From Deltaproteobacteria bacterium (lineage in GTDB: Bacteria > Desulfobacterota > UBA8473), in assembly GCA_003599365.1 (NCBI GenBank), contig QZJR01000098.1, positions 1 to 44,137 on the forward strand: 44,137 nt of DNA, in the 5' to 3' direction. Both the position numbers and the translations under genes were made by a program. Every line of letters begins with the position of its first letter. Positions within the stretch are counted from its first letter, which is position 1. The notes beneath the pieces were generated by a model. The model had not been told where the DNA came from. It saw only the letters and a program-made list of their open reading frames with translations, and ran no database searches. Shown one piece after another: positions 33,542-42,248 of the stretch.

Positions 33542-33978
33542 TTCCTCGATTTCCTCGAAAGAAAGTTAAAATCTATCTCTTTCTGCTCGCCAAGTAATGC
33601 CTCCTTTGCTTCCTTATTAAGAATCTTATCATTGAGGATTTCAAAGAGTCGGGTTTCTTTATACGCCTCCAACATAGCCTCTTGTTTCGCTTGAAGCTCT
33701 GAGAGCTGCCTAAGAACAACCTCTCTTTGCTCTTCTATCTGCTTGCCTATATACGAAAAATAGTCGTAAAAAAGCTCTATTTCTCGAATATTTGAGGATC
33801 CATTACCCTGCATGCTGTTAAATTCCACAACAGTATTTTTAAATACGCCTTCGAGAGAATCGAGCCTTGACTTCTCTACACCAAGTTTATCTTTGGTTTT
33901 CTTGACCTCAACCTCGATTTGTTCTTTTGTGAACCCCTTTAATTCCAATACCTTTGATACCATCATTTGTCGGGTCAT
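33538..33978 (-). CDS. fliJ: flagellar export chaperone FliJ
   Basis: 146 aa, all-helical coiled coil, immediately downstream of fliI. Start and stop overlap the neighbouring genes. Confidence 0.8.
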   Translation of the reverse strand: MTRQMMVSKVLELKGFTKEQIEVEVKKTKDKLGVEKSRLDSLEGVFKNTVVEFNSMQGNGSSNIREIELFYDYFSYIGKQIEEQREVVLRQLSELQAKQEAMLEAYKETRLFEILNDKILNKEAKEALLGEQKEIDFNFLSRKSRK

Positions 33979-35306
33979 TTCTCAGTTCCCATCTCATCAA
34001 ATATAAGATACAGTGCATGGAGACTATCCGCGATGTCCCGCCTTTCATTCATGTCCTGTCTAAGGTACATCTTAAGTCTGTCAATCATCCCGAGGGCATA
34101 ATCCACTTTTGGATTCGACCCCTCTTTGTAAGCACCTAGATTAATCATATCCTCAAATCTTTTATATATGGCTAGGGCCTCAATAAATTTAGATGAATAC
34201 TCTCTGTGTCTTGAATCCACTATATCCGGCATCACCCTGCTTATACTCCTTAAGAGATCTATCGAGGGGTAATGATTTTCCATTGCCAGTTCTCTGGACA
34301 AAACAATATGTCCATCAAGGACAGCAATCGCAGCATCTGCCACAGGGTCTGACAGGTCATCTCCGTCTACAAGGACTGTGTATATGCCTGTAATGCTCCC
34401 GCTGCCCTCCGATGTGCCAACCCGTTCGAGCAACTTTGGTAAGAGTGCAAAAACGGATGGTGTGTATCCTTTAGATGTTGGAGGCTCTCCTACAGCAAGC
34501 CCTATTTCACGCTGTGCTTGAGCAACACGGGTAAGGGAATCCATCAGGAGAAGTACATTCTCTCCTCTGTTCCTGAAATACTCTGCAATGGCTGTTGCAG
34601 CTAAGGCACCCCTCACCTTTGCGAGGGGCGGCTGGTCTGAGGTTGATACAACAACAATGGATTTTCCCATTCCCTCCTCTCCGAGGTCTTTTTCTATGAA
34701 TTCCCTGACCTCCCTTCCCCTTTCACCTATCAGTGCAATGACATTCACCGATGCCTCTGTGTATCTTGCCATCATCCCGAGCAGGACGCTCTTACCCACA
34801 CCAGCTCCGGACATAATACCTATCCTCTGTCCCTTCCCGCATGTGAGAAGTCCATTAATCGCCCTTATGCCAAGGTCTATGGGCTCTGATATCCTGTGTC
34901 TTCTCAAAGGATTAGGTGTCGAGGAAAACAGAGAATAGTTAACCCCTCTCAGAGGTCCCTTTCCATCTATAGGTTCACCCCTGTCATTAATGACCCTCCC
35001 CATCAGGGATGGCGAAACCTTCACAAAGATATTATTGCCAATAGGGATAACCCTGCTTCCCGGTCCTATGCCCGTGAGGTCGCCAACAGCCATAAGCAGT
35101 ACCTTCTCATCCCCGAAACCCACGACTTCTGCATCTATAGGACAATCAGTCCCTGACAATATCTTACATGATTCACCTATGCTCGTTTTAATACCTGTTG
35201 CCTTGATAATGATCCCCGTAATCTCCACCACTCTGCCGTATACTTTTAAGGGTTCTGTTTCCAGAGCTGCTTTTATATAAGGGGATAGATCAATCGCTGG
35301 AGTCAT
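33975..35306 (-). CDS. fliI: flagellum-specific ATPase FliI
   Basis: 443 aa. Walker A GAGVGKS, Walker B LLLMDSLTR, and F1/T3SS ATPase-like sequence throughout. Confidence 0.96.
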   Translation of the reverse strand: MTPAIDLSPYIKAALETEPLKVYGRVVEITGIIIKATGIKTSIGESCKILSGTDCPIDAEVVGFGDEKVLLMAVGDLTGIGPGSRVIPIGNNIFVKVSPSLMGRVINDRGEPIDGKGPLRGVNYSLFSSTPNPLRRHRISEPIDLGIRAINGLLTCGKGQRIGIMSGAGVGKSVLLGMMARYTEASVNVIALIGERGREVREFIEKDLGEEGMGKSIVVVSTSDQPPLAKVRGALAATAIAEYFRNRGENVLLLMDSLTRVAQAQREIGLAVGEPPTSKGYTPSVFALLPKLLERVGTSEGSGSITGIYTVLVDGDDLSDPVADAAIAVLDGHIVLSRELAMENHYPSIDLLRSISRVMPDIVDSRHREYSSKFIEALAIYKRFEDMINLGAYKEGSNPKVDYALGMIDRLKMYLRQDMNERRDIADSLHALYLIFDEMGTEK

Positions 35307-35926
35307 TGAACAAGCCTGTCCCCCATCTCCTTGATTAAATTTTTCAATTGCTCATCCACATCGGTCGGTACATCTTCCACAGGACCCCTTACCACAGATC
35401 CATAGAGAGAGGCGGCAGTATCTACATCAAAGACAATGTCAGGATGGAGACTGAGGATTTCAGGTTTATGCTTCATAAAAAGATCATAAAGAGAGGGATT
35501 TATCTTTATGGTAATCTGTCCTGTCCTTTCCATTCTCGTTATCGCCTCTTTTGTTATCTCCACAATCTCATCAGGATTCATTGTCAACTCTTTTAAGATA
35601 ATCTTCCTTGCCATGGTGACAGCAAGCTCCACGAATTGAGGCTCAAGCTCCTTTATCAAGGTTTCCCTGAGAGTTGTTAACTCTTTAATTATTGCTTCTA
35701 CCTTTTCTACTAAAACTATGGCCTTTTGTTCACCCATGGCAAATCCTGACTTCTCTCCTGCTTCAAACCCCTTCTCATATGCCTCCCTCTCTATGTTTTC
35801 AGTATTCTGAGCAATAGGCAGGTGTTCCTCCTCTGCCCTTCTGACAATCTTATTCAGTAAAGGCATCTCAAAGGGGATAATGTCCTTATCTTGCATAAAC
35901 CGATTCTTATGCCACAATTCCTTCAT
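35303..35926 (-). CDS. fliH: flagellar assembly protein FliH
   Basis: 207 aa. Helical N-terminus (EREAYEKGFEAGEKSGFAMGEQK) and FliH C-terminal domain. The start could instead be the ATG at 35896. Confidence 0.85.
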   Translation of the reverse strand: MKELWHKNRFMQDKDIIPFEMPLLNKIVRRAEEEHLPIAQNTENIEREAYEKGFEAGEKSGFAMGEQKAIVLVEKVEAIIKELTTLRETLIKELEPQFVELAVTMARKIILKELTMNPDEIVEITKEAITRMERTGQITIKINPSLYDLFMKHKPEILSLHPDIVFDVDTAASLYGSVVRGPVEDVPTDVDEQLKNLIKEMGDRLVQ

Positions 35927-36890
35927 CGCCTCTCCCTGTGAGAATAATCTTGCCTTCTGCCTCTAACTTTCTTGCAATTTTAACTATATCTTGCTGTGCC
36001 TTCTCTACTTCAGATACCCTGACCGGCCCCTTCACCTGAATCTCTTCTTTGAGTATCTGCGCTGCTCTTTGAGACATATTCTTGAATATCTTTTCCTTCA
36101 ATGATTCAGAGGCTGTCTTCAGTGCCAGGGAAAGTTTTTCTGTGTTTACCTCCTTCAGCATCATCTGAATTCCCCTGTCATCCACATTAGCAATATCATC
36201 AAATACAAACATGAATTGTCTGATGGAGTCTGCAAGTATCTCGTCTCTCTCTTCAATATCCCCAAGAACTTTATGTTCGGTTGTCCTGTCACAGTGATTC
36301 AGTATCTCAGCAATCATTCTTGTGCCGCCGAGTTTCTTACCCTTGCCCTTACCTATATCCAGCTGTCCCTTGAGGACCTCATTGAGCTCTTCGAGCGCGC
36401 TTTCAGTGACCCTTTCGCTTGTGGCTATCCTCATGGCTACGTCAGCCTTTAACTTCTCAGGAAGGGAAGATAGCACCTCGGCTGCATGTCCCGGTTCAAG
36501 CAGAGAGACAATAAGTGAAATGGTCTGGGGATGCTCTGATAAAAGAAAGTTCGATAGTGTCTTAGAATCGACCCACTTGAGTGAATCTAAAGGGCCCTCC
36601 TTTGATGCCATCTCCAGTATCTTTGTTGCCCCATCTTCTCCAAGTCCCATTGAAAGGATCTTCTTTACAAATTCCTCTCCGCCTATATGTAAGTCACCTC
36701 TGTCAATCATATCTGAAGCCTCTTTCATCACATTATCAATTGTGGTCGTGTTGACGGTCTTCAGTCTCGCCATGTGCATAGTGATCTTACCTATCTCTCT
36801 GATATTAAGGTCCTTCAACGCCTCTGCTGCGGCCTCCTCGCCTACGCAGCTAAGAAATATAGCTGCCTTTTCATATCCATTCAAAGGCAT
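35907..36890 (-). CDS. fliG: flagellar motor switch protein FliG
   Basis: 327 aa. N-terminus GYEKAAIFLSCVGEEAAAE, middle EHPQTISLIV, and C-terminal torque helix region (MSQRAAQILKEEI). Confidence 0.95.
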   Translation of the reverse strand: MPLNGYEKAAIFLSCVGEEAAAEALKDLNIREIGKITMHMARLKTVNTTTIDNVMKEASDMIDRGDLHIGGEEFVKKILSMGLGEDGATKILEMASKEGPLDSLKWVDSKTLSNFLLSEHPQTISLIVSLLEPGHAAEVLSSLPEKLKADVAMRIATSERVTESALEELNEVLKGQLDIGKGKGKKLGGTRMIAEILNHCDRTTEHKVLGDIEERDEILADSIRQFMFVFDDIANVDDRGIQMMLKEVNTEKLSLALKTASESLKEKIFKNMSQRAAQILKEEIQVKGPVRVSEVEKAQQDIVKIARKLEAEGKIILTGRGDEGIVA

Positions 36891-38423
36891 TTATTCCTCC
36901 TCTATCCAGTTTTTTATCAGATTAGTAGCATCTTTTGGATTTTTCTTTGCCCATTCAATTACCTGGATCTTTGCAGGCTTTGCCGGCACCTCCAATCTCT
37001 TCTCTATTTCTGCTGTTGTCTGGGGCAGTTGCAAGGAGGGTTGTTGAGCGAGAGGTACCCCGGTGAGTGCCTTTACCAGTGGTCTAACTACAAAGAGAAA
37101 CAACAAAACCACTGCTAAAAGTGGGACAATGTATTTTGTGACAGTAATAATAATAGGTATAATTTCAGTTTTAGGTTCAAGCAAGTCCTCCTGAGGGGCA
37201 ACCTCAAAGGGCATATTTACCACCCTTACCTCGTCACCTCTGTCTGGCAGAAAACCAATCGACTTCTTCACCATCTCCTCAAACTGTTTAATATCTTCTT
37301 CGGAACGAGAAGTATACTTCTTTTCCTTTGAGCCCTGTTGGGGAATATATGTGCCATCAATAAGAACGACTGCAGAAAGCCTTTTTACCTCTCCTGAAGA
37401 GTTTATGATACGGCTTGTTACCTTGCTTATCTCATAATTTATAGCCTCGTTTTTCTTCTCCATCTGTCCCTGTTGTGATCCCATTTGTGGTGCCGTCTTT
37501 CCCGGAAGGTTAGATGAAATACCGGGGACACCGCCGATAATCCCGGTTATTGACTTTTCAACGTTTTTCTGCTCGCTTCTTACAACCTGACTATCAGGAT
37601 CAAACTTCTCTTCTGTTTTCTCGATCTTTGTAAAGTCAATAACAGCAGTAACCTTTGCCTTTACGTGACCTTTGCCTACAACAGGTTGGAGGATGCCCGT
37701 GATCCTGTTTTCCATATCCTTTTCATAATTACGCTGGTAATCTAACTGATCATTTGTCATTCCGATGGTTTCACCTGTACCGGATGTAAGCATTTCGCCA
37801 TGGCTGTCAACTATTGCTACATCCTTTGGATTCAGACCATTAACACTGCTTGACACAAGATGCACCATCCCCTGGACCTGCCCCTGAGAGAGCCTCCTCC
37901 CCTGTCTCAACTTTACAAGAACGGATGCCTTTGGCCTTTCCTCCGACTGCGTAAATAAAGATTTTTCAGGAATAGCAAGATGCACTCTGCACTGTTCCAC
38001 CTCCGAAAGTGATCTTATGGTTCTTGAAAGCTCACCCTGGAGTGCCCTTTTGTAATTTAATTTTTGAACAAATTCCGTCATCGTCAAGTTTGTTTCATCA
38101 AAAACTTCAAAACCGACACCTCCCCCCTGAGGAAGTCCCTGACTCGCAAGTTGGATCCTTAGCTCATACACCCTATTGGATGGGACCATTATTCCACCCC
38201 CGGATGTTTTATAAGGGGTCTTTTGCTCCTTCAGCTTCTGGATAATCAGGCCTGCATCTTCCTCACCCAGATTAGAATAAAGAAGTTGATAATCCTCCTT
38301 CTGTATCCATGCAAACAGAAGGACGACAGAGGCTATAGCAATGGCAAGAACAGCCAGGATCATCACCTTATTTTTTGCAGGCATAGCCTTTATCTGCTCG
38401 GTTATGTTAGCAATGTTCACCAT
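36891..38423 (-). CDS. fliF: flagellar MS-ring protein FliF
   Basis: 510 aa. N-terminal TM, the YscJ/FliF family periplasmic region (LYSNLGEEDAGLIIQKLKEQKTPYK), and a C-terminal TM. Confidence 0.95.
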   Translation of the reverse strand: MVNIANITEQIKAMPAKNKVMILAVLAIAIASVVLLFAWIQKEDYQLLYSNLGEEDAGLIIQKLKEQKTPYKTSGGGIMVPSNRVYELRIQLASQGLPQGGGVGFEVFDETNLTMTEFVQKLNYKRALQGELSRTIRSLSEVEQCRVHLAIPEKSLFTQSEERPKASVLVKLRQGRRLSQGQVQGMVHLVSSSVNGLNPKDVAIVDSHGEMLTSGTGETIGMTNDQLDYQRNYEKDMENRITGILQPVVGKGHVKAKVTAVIDFTKIEKTEEKFDPDSQVVRSEQKNVEKSITGIIGGVPGISSNLPGKTAPQMGSQQGQMEKKNEAINYEISKVTSRIINSSGEVKRLSAVVLIDGTYIPQQGSKEKKYTSRSEEDIKQFEEMVKKSIGFLPDRGDEVRVVNMPFEVAPQEDLLEPKTEIIPIIITVTKYIVPLLAVVLLFLFVVRPLVKALTGVPLAQQPSLQLPQTTAEIEKRLEVPAKPAKIQVIEWAKKNPKDATNLIKNWIEEE

Positions 38424-38716
38424 TACACCTGCATCCTCATAATCTCTTCATAGGCACTCAGTAGTCTATTTCTTATCTCTACCATTAACTGAAAAGACAT
38501 CTCCGCCTTCTCCATGGTAATAATCGCCTGAGCGACATCGCCGCCGGAAGCGAGCTCTTTCACCGCGTTATCGGCATCATTTTGTATTTGAGAAATCTTT
38601 CCGATAGCATCTTGCATTACCTCGTCAAAACCTTTGCCGGAATCCTTACTGTTAGCCGTAACCCTTGAAAACTCCTGACCTGTCTTCAGTCCTGTAATCG
38701 TAATATCAGACATCAT
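38423..38716 (-). CDS. fliE: flagellar hook-basal body protein FliE
   Basis: 97 aa. The C-terminus AIITMEKAEMSFQLMVEIRNRLLSAYEEIMRMQV is typical of FliE. Confidence 0.88.
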   Translation of the reverse strand: MMSDITITGLKTGQEFSRVTANSKDSGKGFDEVMQDAIGKISQIQNDADNAVKELASGGDVAQAIITMEKAEMSFQLMVEIRNRLLSAYEEIMRMQV

Positions 38717-39126
38717 AACCTCCCCAGTTCAAGCGTCTTCATAAACATTGCCTTTGACATATTAAAGGTTGACACCGATGCCTCATATGCCCTGGATGCC
38801 ATCATCATATTTACCATCTCTTCTATAATATTTATATTCGGCATTGCCACATGTCCATCCTTATCCGCATCAGGATGCCCCGGATCATAGACTGTTTTGA
38901 AAGGTGTGTTGTCTGTAGCTATATCAACAACCGTAACACCTTTAAATTCTCCAGGGCAGGAGTCCAATACCACCGAAGAAAAAACCACATCCTTTCTCCT
39001 ATATGGGCCACCTTCTTGCGTCCTTGTAGAATGGGCATTTGCCATATTGGATGCGATTACATTCATCCTTTGCCCCTGTGCACCAAGGGCTGACGCACTA
39101 ATCTCAAACACAATGAAAGAATTCAT
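38713..39126 (-). CDS. flgC: flagellar basal-body rod protein FlgC
   Basis: 137 aa. N-terminus ISASALGAQGQRMNVIASNMANAHST and C-terminus VNMMMASRAYEASVSTFNMSKAMFMKTLEL. Confidence 0.93.
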   Translation of the reverse strand: MNSFIVFEISASALGAQGQRMNVIASNMANAHSTRTQEGGPYRRKDVVFSSVVLDSCPGEFKGVTVVDIATDNTPFKTVYDPGHPDADKDGHVAMPNINIIEEMVNMMMASRAYEASVSTFNMSKAMFMKTLELGRL

Positions 39127-39127
39127 C

Positions 39128-39487
39128 TTACCTCCTCAATGCATTCTTAAACATTCTTATCTTTATGGAAAGCATAGAAATCCCTGCCTGGTATAGCATT
39201 GCATTCTCTGTCATCTTTGCTACCTCTGTATCAAGATTTACATTATTTTTATCAGCCCCCTCCTGTGTTGTCTTTGTTACTATTTCTCCTGATAAGTCTT
39301 GATAGCTGTTTTTTAAATGTTTCGGGTTTGTCGCTTTAAGTTCCATTCCTTCAAAAATCTGTCCAAACTTTACATCTCTGGCTTTATAGTTAGGTGTATC
39401 AACATTCGCGATATTAGAGGCTATAACACCATGCCTCATATTGGTTAAACGTATCAGATGTTCTAATATCTTAAATCCATCACTCAT
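39128..39487 (-). CDS. flgB: flagellar basal-body rod protein FlgB
   Basis: The ATG at 39487 (MSDGFKILE...) follows GGGAGAG and is preferred over 39505. Rod-family motif RHGVIASNIANVDTPNYK. Confidence 0.9.
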   Translation of the reverse strand: MSDGFKILEHLIRLTNMRHGVIASNIANVDTPNYKARDVKFGQIFEGMELKATNPKHLKNSYQDLSGEIVTKTTQEGADKNNVNLDTEVAKMTENAMLYQAGISMLSIKIRMFKNALRR

Positions 39488-39511
39488 AAACACTCTCCCT
39501 GTCAATTACCA

Positions 39512-39527
39512 TTCAATTACCATGCCA
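39512..39527 (-). promoter_or_regulatory. candidate sigma-54 (-24/-12) promoter for the flgB operon
   Basis: The minus strand reads TGGCAT-GGTAA-TTGAA. The predicted start site near 39500 leaves a short leader containing GGGAGAG before the ATG at 39487. A sigma-54 activator gene lies immediately upstream. Confidence 0.45.
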
Positions 39528-39536
39528 GAACATTTT

Positions 39537-39696
39537 GTAACCGTTCACGGTTCTCAGCCTGCCCTGGCGCGAGCGCTGCGGTCTGGGCCAGGGTTTACAG
39601 TTCACGGTAATTACAACAGCAGGCTTAAGCCCGCTGTTATATAAAGCTTGAAGCATTTTTGCCAACTGTTAACTGCAAACCGTAAACTGTGAACGG
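39537..39696. repeat. type C intergenic repeat with a 36-nt GC-rich insertion (39558-39593) and a 24-bp palindrome (39615-39638)
   Basis: Aligns with 25559-25682 except for the inserted cctgccctggcgcgagcgctgcggtctgggccaggg. Confidence 0.92.
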
Positions 39697-39726
39697 ATAC
39701 GTTATTTGTTATCACCCTGCATTTTT

Positions 39727-41025
39727 TCACCTCACAGGAAAATTTTGCCCATATTCGTTCAGCTTGTTCCTTATGGTTCTCACGCTTACACCCAGTATCT
39801 TTGCAGCCTTCGTCTTATTGCCATTTACCTCCTTTAAAGTCTTTAATATTGCCTCTTTTTCCATATCTTTTATCCTGCCATTAAAGATATGCGTATCATT
39901 ATCATCAAACATAAGGTCATTTATAGATACAACCTCACCACTAGAGAGGAACACCGCTCTTTGTGCCACATTTTCCAGCTCCCTGACATTACCGCGCCAC
40001 TGCCTCTTTTTAAGCAAATCCATTGCATTTTCTGTAAATCCTTTAGTATTCTTTCCGAACATAGCTGAAAACTTCTCCACAAAATGCCTGGCAAGCAAAG
40101 GTATATCTTCATGCCTCTCTCTCAGGGGCGGCACCTTTATAGGAAATACGTTGAGTCTGTAGTAAAGGTCTTCCCTGAAACGCCCCTCGATACACTCCTT
40201 ATTCAAATCCTTGTTGGTAGTGGCTATTACCCTTACATCCACTTGTACAGGTTCCTTTCCACCAACTCTATCTACCTCCCTTTCCTGTAAAACCCTGAGT
40301 AGTTTTGTCTGCAGGGTCATAGGCATTTCCCCTATCTCGTCAAGGAGTATAGTCCCACCACTGGCGAGTTCAAATTTCCCCTTTCTTCTTTCTGTCGCGC
40401 CTGTGAATGCCCCCTTTTCATGACCGAACAACTCGGATTCGAGGAGATTATCCGGTATTGCAGCACAATTCACAGCAACAAAAGGCCCTTTCCCCCTTCT
40501 GCTTGCCCTGTGTATGAATCTTGCGAGGAGCTCTTTCCCTGTTCCGCTTTCTCCGTATATAAGTACAGTTATGTCATTCGCAGCTAGATTACCGGCAAGG
40601 TTTATAATCTTCTGCATCTCGGGGGTTTCGGTCAGGATTTCCTTCTTGAGCGTAACACATGCCATAATGGAATCAATGGCCTTTTTAAGGGTATCAAAAG
40701 AAAAGGGCTTTATAAGATAATCCATAGCGCCTTCTTTCATGGTCTCCACTGCATTCTCAATAGTCCCAAAACCTGTGACTATAAGAACCGGCAGGTTGGC
40801 CATCCGATGTCTGACCTCCCTGAGAAACATAAGACCATCCATCCTTGGCATCTTCATATCCGTTACCACTAATGCATAGCTTGATTGGTGAAGTCTTCCC
40901 AGCGCTTCCTCACCACTCTCACATACAACTGCTTTGTGGCCAAGCCTCTGTATGGCCTCCTTAAGGGATGCCCTCATATGGGGGTCGTCATCAATAACAA
41001 GTATGGGTTTCTCTGCCAATTTCAT
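39727..41025 (-). CDS. sigma-54-dependent NtrC-family response regulator (FlrC/FleR/FlgR-like by context)
   Basis: 432 aa. Receiver (ILVIDDDPHMRA, ALVVTDMKMPRMDG), AAA+ domain (GESGTGKE, GAFTGA, LLDEIGE) and a C-terminal Fis-type HTH (AAKILGVSVRTIRNKL). Confidence 0.93.
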   Translation of the reverse strand: MKLAEKPILVIDDDPHMRASLKEAIQRLGHKAVVCESGEEALGRLHQSSYALVVTDMKMPRMDGLMFLREVRHRMANLPVLIVTGFGTIENAVETMKEGAMDYLIKPFSFDTLKKAIDSIMACVTLKKEILTETPEMQKIINLAGNLAANDITVLIYGESGTGKELLARFIHRASRRGKGPFVAVNCAAIPDNLLESELFGHEKGAFTGATERRKGKFELASGGTILLDEIGEMPMTLQTKLLRVLQEREVDRVGGKEPVQVDVRVIATTNKDLNKECIEGRFREDLYYRLNVFPIKVPPLRERHEDIPLLARHFVEKFSAMFGKNTKGFTENAMDLLKKRQWRGNVRELENVAQRAVFLSSGEVVSINDLMFDDNDTHIFNGRIKDMEKEAILKTLKEVNGNKTKAAKILGVSVRTIRNKLNEYGQNFPVR

Positions 41026-41034
41026 CCGACTCCT

Positions 41035-41092
41035 TACTCAAAACTCAAAGGCCTTCTCTTTCAGCTTTAACCTTTCAGCTTTCAACTTCCAA
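41035..41092. repeat. CTTTCAG/CTCAAA heptamer-type repeat between the kinase and regulator genes
   Basis: ctcaaaactcaaaggccttctctttcagctttaacctttcagctttcaacttcc. It belongs to the same CTTT(C/G)AG family as 14092-14114 and 11847-11874. Confidence 0.8.
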
Positions 41093-41102
41093 ACTGTTCA
41101 GG

Positions 41103-42248
41103 TTAATAGGGGCTTTTAGGGAAATAGAGGGTGAATGTACTTCCCTTTCGTTCCTCACTCCATACCTTGATATAACCACCATGGGTCTGTATTATCTTAG
41201 ACGCAATGGCAAGACCAATGCCTGTACCTGTATCCTTTGTGCTGAAGAAAGGGTCAAATATTTTTTCCACATACTCATGTTTTATACCTTTGCCATTATC
41301 CCTTACATCCACCATGACAAATCTGCCATTTTTCTTCATAGTTACATCTATATCTCCACCATCATGCATGGACTGAATCGCGTTAATGATTATATTCATA
41401 AAGAGCTGTTTGAGAAGTTCCGCATCACCCAAAATTTCACAGTCAAAAAACGACCCGTTCAACTTCACCTTCCTCGATTCCATCAACAGCATAAATATCT
41501 GTATGGTCTCCTCTATAACCCTATCCAGCCTTATGCTCTTTATTACAGGTTTATTGGGTTTTGCAAAGAACAACATGTTTGTTAGAATGTTATTGAGACC
41601 ACTTATACCTGTTGAAATCCCTCTGGCAAGCTCCTTATGTGCCAGGTCTTCAAGCTCCCTCTCAAGCATGCTGGAATACAACTCTATACTGCAAAGCGGA
41701 TTTCTTATTTCATGAACTATCTTTACCGCCATCTCCCCCATGGCTATCAGCCTTTGATTCCTTTCGTGCTGAGTCTCCAGTTCTCTGAGTCTTGTGATGT
41801 TATTGATGAGTATCACGCTTCCCCATAAACACCCTTCAGAGTCAACTACCGGCGAACGTGAGAGAATAACGTTGTGTTTTTCCCCTTTAACAAATAAGAG
41901 AGTTTCAGATCCCTCACTCGTTATTGAGAAATCAAGATTTGCAAATGTCTTTCCTTTAACATCGGATAAATAAATACCAAAAAGCTCCGCCGCCGACTTG
42001 TTGATCATCATTACCTTATCATCAGGGTCAACAACAATAATTGCCTCTTCAAGATTGTATAGGATTGCATTTAAATAGTCTTTGCTCCTTTCTGCATCAG
42101 CAAGTGCCATCTTAAGCTCTTTGTTCTTCTTCTCAAGCTCCGTAGTAAGATAAGCGACCCTTTCCTGAAGCAGCCCATAGTACGCCTCAAGGCTTTTGGA
42201 AGCCATTGTGAAATTATGAAATGCCTCATTTAAAAGTTCAACGCCCAT
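41103..42248 (-). CDS. cytoplasmic PAS sensor histidine kinase (FlrB/FleS-like by context)
   Basis: 381 aa with no TM segment. N-terminal coiled coil, PAS (LEEAIIVVDPDDKVMMINKSA), H-box HEIRNPL, and G-boxes DNGKGI and GTGIGLAI. Confidence 0.88.
   Translation of the reverse strand: MGVELLNEAFHNFTMASKSLEAYYGLLQERVAYLTTELEKKNKELKMALADAERSKDYLNAILYNLEEAIIVVDPDDKVMMINKSAAELFGIYLSDVKGKTFANLDFSITSEGSETLLFVKGEKHNVILSRSPVVDSEGCLWGSVILINNITRLRELETQHERNQRLIAMGEMAVKIVHEIRNPLCSIELYSSMLERELEDLAHKELARGISTGISGLNNILTNMLFFAKPNKPVIKSIRLDRVIEETIQIFMLLMESRKVKLNGSFFDCEILGDAELLKQLFMNIIINAIQSMHDGGDIDVTMKKNGRFVMVDVRDNGKGIKHEYVEKIFDPFFSTKDTGTGIGLAIASKIIQTHGGYIKVWSEERKGSTFTLYFPKSPY

Noticed and set aside
36322-37047. 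241-aa plus-strand ORF, along with similar long antisense ORFs at 22336-22833, 20897-21334, 28042-28476, 25093-25467 and 39689-40162.
   Set aside because: All lie antisense to confidently identified genes (fliG/fliF, pilZ/motA, HD-GYP, vWA, the kinase and the NtrC regulator). They have low-complexity S/L/F-rich translations, no recognisable motifs and no ribosome-binding sites.
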